A stretch of 64,000 bases of DNA, taken from Syntrophales bacterium (GTDB taxonomy: Bacteria > Desulfobacterota > Syntrophia > Syntrophales > UBA4778). Below are positions 59,441-64,000 of this stretch, in pieces. Where the stretch lies: NCBI GenBank assembly GCA_963665615.2, contig CAXXQE010000007.1, positions 62,001 to 126,000 of the forward strand. The letters are read 5' to 3'. Made by a program: the position numbers and the translations under genes. Below the pieces are notes generated by a model. It was not told the DNA's origin, ran no database searches, and saw only the letters and a list, made by a program, of their open reading frames with translations. Numbering within the stretch: position 1 is the first letter of the stretch; every line of letters starts with the position of its first letter.

Positions 59441-60190
59441 ATGGGATTTTTCGTGATTGTTGTTCTTGTGCTTGTCGGCATGTTTCTGGCAGCCGCCATA
59501 CGGATTTTGAATGAATACGAGCGGGGTGTCATCTTTCGTTTCGGGCGGATCATCAACACCAAGGGACCGGGCCTGATCATTCTGATCCCGGTCGTCGATC
59601 GCATGGTCAAGGTAGACCTGAGGACCATCGCCATGGAGGTTCCGTCTCAGGACGTCATCACCCGGGACAACGTGTCCATCAAGGTGAGCGCCGTCATCTA
59701 CTTCCGGGTCATCGACTCGAACCGGGCTGTCACGGAAGTGGAAAACTATCTCTACGCGACGTCGCAGCTATCCCAGACAACGCTGCGAAGCGTCTGCGGT
59801 CAGGTGGAACTCGACGAGATTCTCTCGGAACGGGAGAAAATCAACGTCAACATTCAGAGCATCTTGGATCGGGGAACGGAGCCCTGGGGCATCAAGGTAA
59901 CCCTGGTTGAGGTGAAGAACATCGATCTGCCCGAAGAGATGAAGCGCGCCATCGCCAGGCAGGCGGAGGCTGAGCGCGAGCGGCGTGCCAAGGTCATCAC
60001 CGCGGAGGGCGAATTCCAGGCGGCGCAGAAGCTTGCGGATGCCGCGACGATTATCGCTGAGCAGCCGATTGCGCTGCAGCTTCGCTATCTCCAGACGCTT
60101 ACGGTCATCGCCTCAGAGAATAACTCCACGACCGTCTTTCCGATACCAATCGACCTGTTCAAGCCTTTTTTGCAGAAGATCAATCAATAG
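59441..60190 (+). CDS. Stomatin-like SPFH protein
   Basis: [37 protein letters not shown]; partner of nfeD. Confidence 0.92.
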   Translation: MGFFVIVVLVLVGMFLAAAIRILNEYERGVIFRFGRIINTKGPGLIILIPVVDRMVKVDLRTIAMEVPSQDVITRDNVSIKVSAVIYFRVIDSNRAVTEVENYLYATSQLSQTTLRSVCGQVELDEILSEREKINVNIQSILDRGTEPWGIKVTLVEVKNIDLPEEMKRAIARQAEAERERRAKVITAEGEFQAAQKLADAATIIAEQPIALQLRYLQTLTVIASENNSTTVFPIPIDLFKPFLQKINQ

Positions 60191-60205
60191 TGAAAGGAGA
60201 GCGTC

Positions 60206-60520
60206 GTGCCATCCAAAGAAAAGATTCGAATTCTGACCGGCAGCCTCATTCTGATCACCCTGGGCGTTCTGATTCTGCTTAACAACCTCAACCTCTATGG
60301 GTTCGGCAGGTCTTGGCCCTTTTTGCTGCTTGCAATCGGCGCAGGTACGATGATTCAGAACTGGCACGATAAAACGGGTTGGTTCATCGCCTTTGTTGGC
60401 TTGCTCTTTCTGATCAAAGAGAATTACTACGGCCAGCTTGCCGCATTTACCAACTATCTGGCGCCGCTCATCCTGATTGCGATTGGCGCATTTGTTCTGC
60501 TTCGGGGCGGAAAGAAATAA
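60206..60520 (+). CDS. Small 4-TM protein (LiaF/DUF5668-like)
   Basis: LGVLILLNNL...WPFLLLAIG pattern, twice. Confidence 0.7.
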   Translation: MPSKEKIRILTGSLILITLGVLILLNNLNLYGFGRSWPFLLLAIGAGTMIQNWHDKTGWFIAFVGLLFLIKENYYGQLAAFTNYLAPLILIAIGAFVLLRGGKK

Positions 60521-60531
60521 GTTCGCATTGT

Positions 60532-61263
60532 ATGAAAAACGGATCCGATTGTGGCACGAAACCCAGCGTGGCCGTTCTCTGTGACTTCGACGGCACGGCC
60601 AGCGCCATCGACGTCGGGCACCACCTCTTGAAGGCGTTATCGGGTGATCAATGGGAAGCTATTGACGCCGATTACTGTAATGGCGTGATCGGTTCGATGG
60701 CTGCCTATCAAAAGATCGCCGAGGCGATTACGGCAACGCCAGAAGCATTCTACGAGGCCCTTCAATCGTTGATCCGGTTGGATCCAGGCTTCCCCGATTT
60801 TTTTGAGTTCTGCAAGGACAGAGGGTATGCGCTAAAGATCGTCTCGGACGGCCTTGATTATTATATCGGTAAGATTCTTGAGCGGTATCGTCTGAGCGAT
60901 ATCCCGTTTTATGCAAATCGACTCCTCTTTGCAGAGGACGGGACGATTGCAATCGATTTCCCGATGAGCAACCCTTCCTGCCGCCGCTGCGGAACCTGCA
61001 AGCGCTCTATCCTGGAAGCCTGTCGCGTGCAATTTGACCGCATTGTCTATATTGGAGACGGACACTCCGACATCTGTCCGTCGCGCTTTGCAGATCTGGT
61101 TTTTGCCAAACAGATCCTCTATCGGCATAGCTGCGAAAAGGGCTTGCCATGTATTCATTTTAGTGATTTCAGCGAAATCCATAAGTACATGGAGAATGGC
61201 TGCCATGAAGCACTCGGAGCACTGTCCTATCAAAGAATGGGTTGTCGAGGAAAGACCCCGTGA
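60532..61263 (+). CDS. MtnX-like HAD-IB phosphatase
   Basis: CDFDGT, VSDG, CGTCK, GDGHSD, FAK. Confidence 0.85.
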   Translation: MKNGSDCGTKPSVAVLCDFDGTASAIDVGHHLLKALSGDQWEAIDADYCNGVIGSMAAYQKIAEAITATPEAFYEALQSLIRLDPGFPDFFEFCKDRGYALKIVSDGLDYYIGKILERYRLSDIPFYANRLLFAEDGTIAIDFPMSNPSCRRCGTCKRSILEACRVQFDRIVYIGDGHSDICPSRFADLVFAKQILYRHSCEKGLPCIHFSDFSEIHKYMENGCHEALGALSYQRMGCRGKTP

Positions 61264-61918
61264 AATGCTGATGGAGCGAGGGGCGGCGGCCATGCCGACC
61301 TCGAAATTGCTCGCCATCGTTCTGGGAACAGGACGCCGGGGTGTCGATGCCGAAGCGCTCGCACGACGGATCTATAACGGCTTCGGATCGCTCCGAGCCA
61401 TTGACGGGGCCTCGGTTCAAGAACTCTGTCGCATCGAGGGGATTGGACCCGCCAAGGCGTCGCAGATAATGGCCGCGCTTGAACTGGGCAAGCGTCTCAT
61501 TAAGGAGCGGTCGCAGAAAACACCCCCTCGCATCCGGTGCGCCGATGACGCCCTCCAGTATGTCTATGAACGCTACGGGCCTTATCTTCGGGATGTCAAA
61601 AAAGAATTTTTTCATCTCGTCTTTTTGAATATTAAAAACAGACCCATCCATCACCTGGAGGTCAGCAAAGGAAGCATTAACGCCAGCATTGTCGATGTGC
61701 GTGAAATCGTCCGAGAGGCAACGCTCAAGATGGCATCGGCCATGATTCTGCTTCACAACCACCCTTCCGGAGAAACCGAACCTTCCGAAGAGGATATCCG
61801 TTTGACGAAAAGCATCGTAGATTCCTGCTCCCTCATCGGCGTCAAGGTGCTGGATCACATCATCATCGGTCAGGAGGTGGACCACTACTTTAGCTTCTCT
61901 AAGGCCGGCCTTATTTAA
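61205..61918 (+). CDS. radC: RadC/JAB domain protein
   Basis: ERPRE, GIGPAKA, HNHPSG, VLDHIII. Confidence 0.92.
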   Translation: MKHSEHCPIKEWVVEERPREMLMERGAAAMPTSKLLAIVLGTGRRGVDAEALARRIYNGFGSLRAIDGASVQELCRIEGIGPAKASQIMAALELGKRLIKERSQKTPPRIRCADDALQYVYERYGPYLRDVKKEFFHLVFLNIKNRPIHHLEVSKGSINASIVDVREIVREATLKMASAMILLHNHPSGETEPSEEDIRLTKSIVDSCSLIGVKVLDHIIIGQEVDHYFSFSKAGLI

Positions 61919-62096
61919 GCGGAGCAGGTGTTTTTTAAAACGATCGCCAAAACTGGATAATATTTTTCCACTAAAAATCACCATTCGGACAATAAATATC
62001 CAGCTGCGGCATTTTTAATTATGCAAAATGGGAATGCTTTCTTTAACAAGTTGTTTTTATGAAGGATAATATCGAATGATAAGAACAGGGCTGTCA

Positions 62097-62112
62097 TGGC
62101 ATATCCCTTGCT
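62097..62112 (+). promoter_or_regulatory. Sigma54 promoter
   Basis: TGGCAT-atccc-TTGCT with exact -24/-12 spacing, 55 bp upstream of ATG 62168. Confidence 0.8.
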
Positions 62113-62167
62113 CTAAAGAAAGTGTAGCGTCAATTCGGAAAGGATGACATCGAAAGGATAAGGGAAC

Positions 62168-62791
62168 ATGCAAACATCTGATATCAAGCTGTGGAAGACG
62201 GAACATACACGGGGCTGCCTTTTCAAGGGAATCCTGATCTCCCTGTCTGTGCTCGTGCTGCTGGGGCTGACGGACTGCTGCCGCTATGCGATGGCTCATG
62301 ATCCTTACCGTCCTGCATCCGATCAGGAGACGGCTTCAAAACCGATCGTATCCACTCAGATTTTTTTCTACCCCATTAATGGGCAAACGGCCGAGCAACA
62401 AGATCGGGATCGCTATGAGTGTTTTAATTGGGCTGTCAAGGAATCCGGCTTCGACCCTAGTCTGGAGACGGTCCCTCCAGAATACCGGGTAACGGTTGTA
62501 CCGAACCCTCCTCCTGGCCATGATACGGCTGTTGGCGCCGTAGCGGGAGCCGTCATTGGGGCCATTGCGGCGGGTCCAAGGCACTCGGGGGAGGGGGCCT
62601 TGGTCGGTGCGGGCGTTGGCGCCTTGGCTGGAGTCGCATCGGATGCGTCACGGCAGGAGACGGCCCGGAGAATTGAGGACGCAAAAAACGATCAGCAGCA
62701 AGAGCGCTATAGGCAGTATGAGCAAGGGGCCTCGGCTTACAGACGGGCCATGACGGCCTGCCTGGAGGCGCGCGGTTATAATGTCAAGTAG
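62168..62791 (+). CDS. Glycine-zipper exported protein
   Basis: GAVAGAVIGA...GALVGAGVGALAG zipper inside a YP..GQ...DRYEC / ACL..RGY domain. Confidence 0.8.
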   Translation: MQTSDIKLWKTEHTRGCLFKGILISLSVLVLLGLTDCCRYAMAHDPYRPASDQETASKPIVSTQIFFYPINGQTAEQQDRDRYECFNWAVKESGFDPSLETVPPEYRVTVVPNPPPGHDTAVGAVAGAVIGAIAAGPRHSGEGALVGAGVGALAGVASDASRQETARRIEDAKNDQQQERYRQYEQGASAYRRAMTACLEARGYNVK

Positions 62792-62797
62792 CGCATC

Positions 62798-63496
62798 ATG
62801 AAAGAGAGGAACGTCATGAAAAGAAATATTTTTAAAATAGCTGGTTCCGGAACAGCAACAGGTTTGTTGATCGCGCTGGCGCTGATAGTTGCAATGCTCA
62901 CAACGCCGGTGGCTGCCTGGGCCGACCGGGATAAAGGACATCCGGGAGGCGGACCTCATGGGGGTCGCGAATTCGGGCCGTCTCAGCCTTATCCTCCTCG
63001 TGGTGCATACGTGGATACCGTCCCACACGGTCATCACGTATATGTTCACAGAGGCGACCGTTTCTTCTTTTATGAAGGGATCTGGTATCGACCGTTCGGT
63101 CCCCGTTTCGTCGTGATAGCGCCTCCAATTGGTATTATCGTGCCGTTTCTTCCGCCCTTTTATGGAACGATTTGGCTTGGTGGTATTCCCTATTATTATG
63201 CCAATGATGTGTATTATAAATCCGTACCGGAAGGGTATATGGTGGTCGAACCGCCGAAAGAAAACACAGAACAGACCAATACGCTAGCTGAAAAAATCTT
63301 TATCTACCCCAGGAATCATCAGAGCGAACAACAGCAGGCCAAAGACAGATATGAGTGTCATCGTTGGGCGGTTGGACAGACAAACTATGATCCGACTCAA
63401 TCGACTGCGGAGAAGGGGCCAGATAAGATGAAGCGCAGTGATTATCAGCGTGCGATGAACGCATGTCTCGACGGGAGGGGCTATACTGTTAAATAA
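62798..63496 (+). CDS. Exported Pro/Tyr-rich protein (DUF6515-like)
   Basis: Signal peptide; FYEGIWY, APPIG, YYYANDVYY; C-terminal domain paralogous to the upstream gene. Confidence 0.75.
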   Translation: MKERNVMKRNIFKIAGSGTATGLLIALALIVAMLTTPVAAWADRDKGHPGGGPHGGREFGPSQPYPPRGAYVDTVPHGHHVYVHRGDRFFFYEGIWYRPFGPRFVVIAPPIGIIVPFLPPFYGTIWLGGIPYYYANDVYYKSVPEGYMVVEPPKENTEQTNTLAEKIFIYPRNHQSEQQQAKDRYECHRWAVGQTNYDPTQSTAEKGPDKMKRSDYQRAMNACLDGRGYTVK

Positions 63497-63593
63497 GATC
63501 GGCTCGGCATCGTCTTTATAGTAGAAAGGGGAGGGGAGGAATGGCCACTTCCCTTTCTTTATTAAAAACAGGCGTTACGCCGATTCTTGCGGC

Positions 63594-63998
63594 TCAGGCA
63601 AGGTACTGTTGCATAGCCGTATAGGTGCAATAATCAGGGTTGATTAGGGAAGCGCCGATCTGCACCTCTTTATCGGTTTCAAAAATGCGCTGGGGCGTAA
63701 TTTGAACGTTCAGCGGCCAGCTGTAATCAGGCAATCTAAAAATAATAATATATTTATCGATTTCTTTACCGTTGATGATTTGAAGACTCGCTGTTTTCGG
63801 GAGCGAGAAACGAACACCGTTGATAGACAGATCAAGAATTTCTATTTCCTGAAAATCGCGCCGCTGCCAATTAGAATCTCCGAGATAAGCGGAAAGAGAA
63901 ACGGTTTTACGCGGTGTTCGGCGGCGGTCTAATGCATGGTCTTCAAATCGCTTATTCTCAATGAGATGTTTTTGAAGAATGGCGTCTATAAGGCATGA
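63594..63998 (-). CDS. PilZ-domain protein, 5' end outside the window (not in the ORF track)
   Basis: Open minus frame ...LDRRRTPRKTV...ILDLSINGVRF...MQQYLA*, with RxxxR and DxSxxG motifs. Confidence 0.8.
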   Translation of the reverse strand, partial: SCLIDAILQKHLIENKRFEDHALDRRRTPRKTVSLSAYLGDSNWQRRDFQEIEILDLSINGVRFSLPKTASLQIINGKEIDKYIIIFRLPDYSWPLNVQITPQRIFETDKEVQIGASLINPDYCTYTAMQQYLA

Positions 63999-64000
63999 GA

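Overview
A 64 kb bacterial chromosomal segment whose gene content and order suggest an anaerobic Deltaproteobacterium (Syntrophales-like; inference). The core backbone holds a partial NuoF/GltD-like oxidoreductase, hisC, an amidase, trpS-scpA-scpB-rluB-ihfB, zur-znuACB, ccdA-tlpA, tRNA-Arg(CCG), an HDOD/GGDEF triplet, nrdD-nrdG with tandem NrdR boxes, miaB-xerC-hslVU, xerD, kdsA-kdsC-lptCAB-rpoN-hpf-ptsN-hprK-rapZ, coaBC, udg, nfeD-stomatin, radC and a partial PilZ gene. rpoN and an M23 peptidase each carry a +1 homopolymer frameshift, probably a sequencing error. The most interesting part is an ~11.5 kb accessory island between nrdD and miaB (about 23.8-35.3 kb). It carries co-oriented lipoprotein and membrane genes, one well-formed integron cassette with an attC site but no integron integrase in the window, and fragments of a RAYT/Y1-type HUH transposase. 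A short motif (CAACAACGTCCC-like) occurs four times at gene borders, once as an inverted pair around a single gene. The island also holds MazF and IS3 relics and a sigma54 activator facing an unannotated 33-aa membrane peptide. All calls come from reading the sequence; no searches were run.
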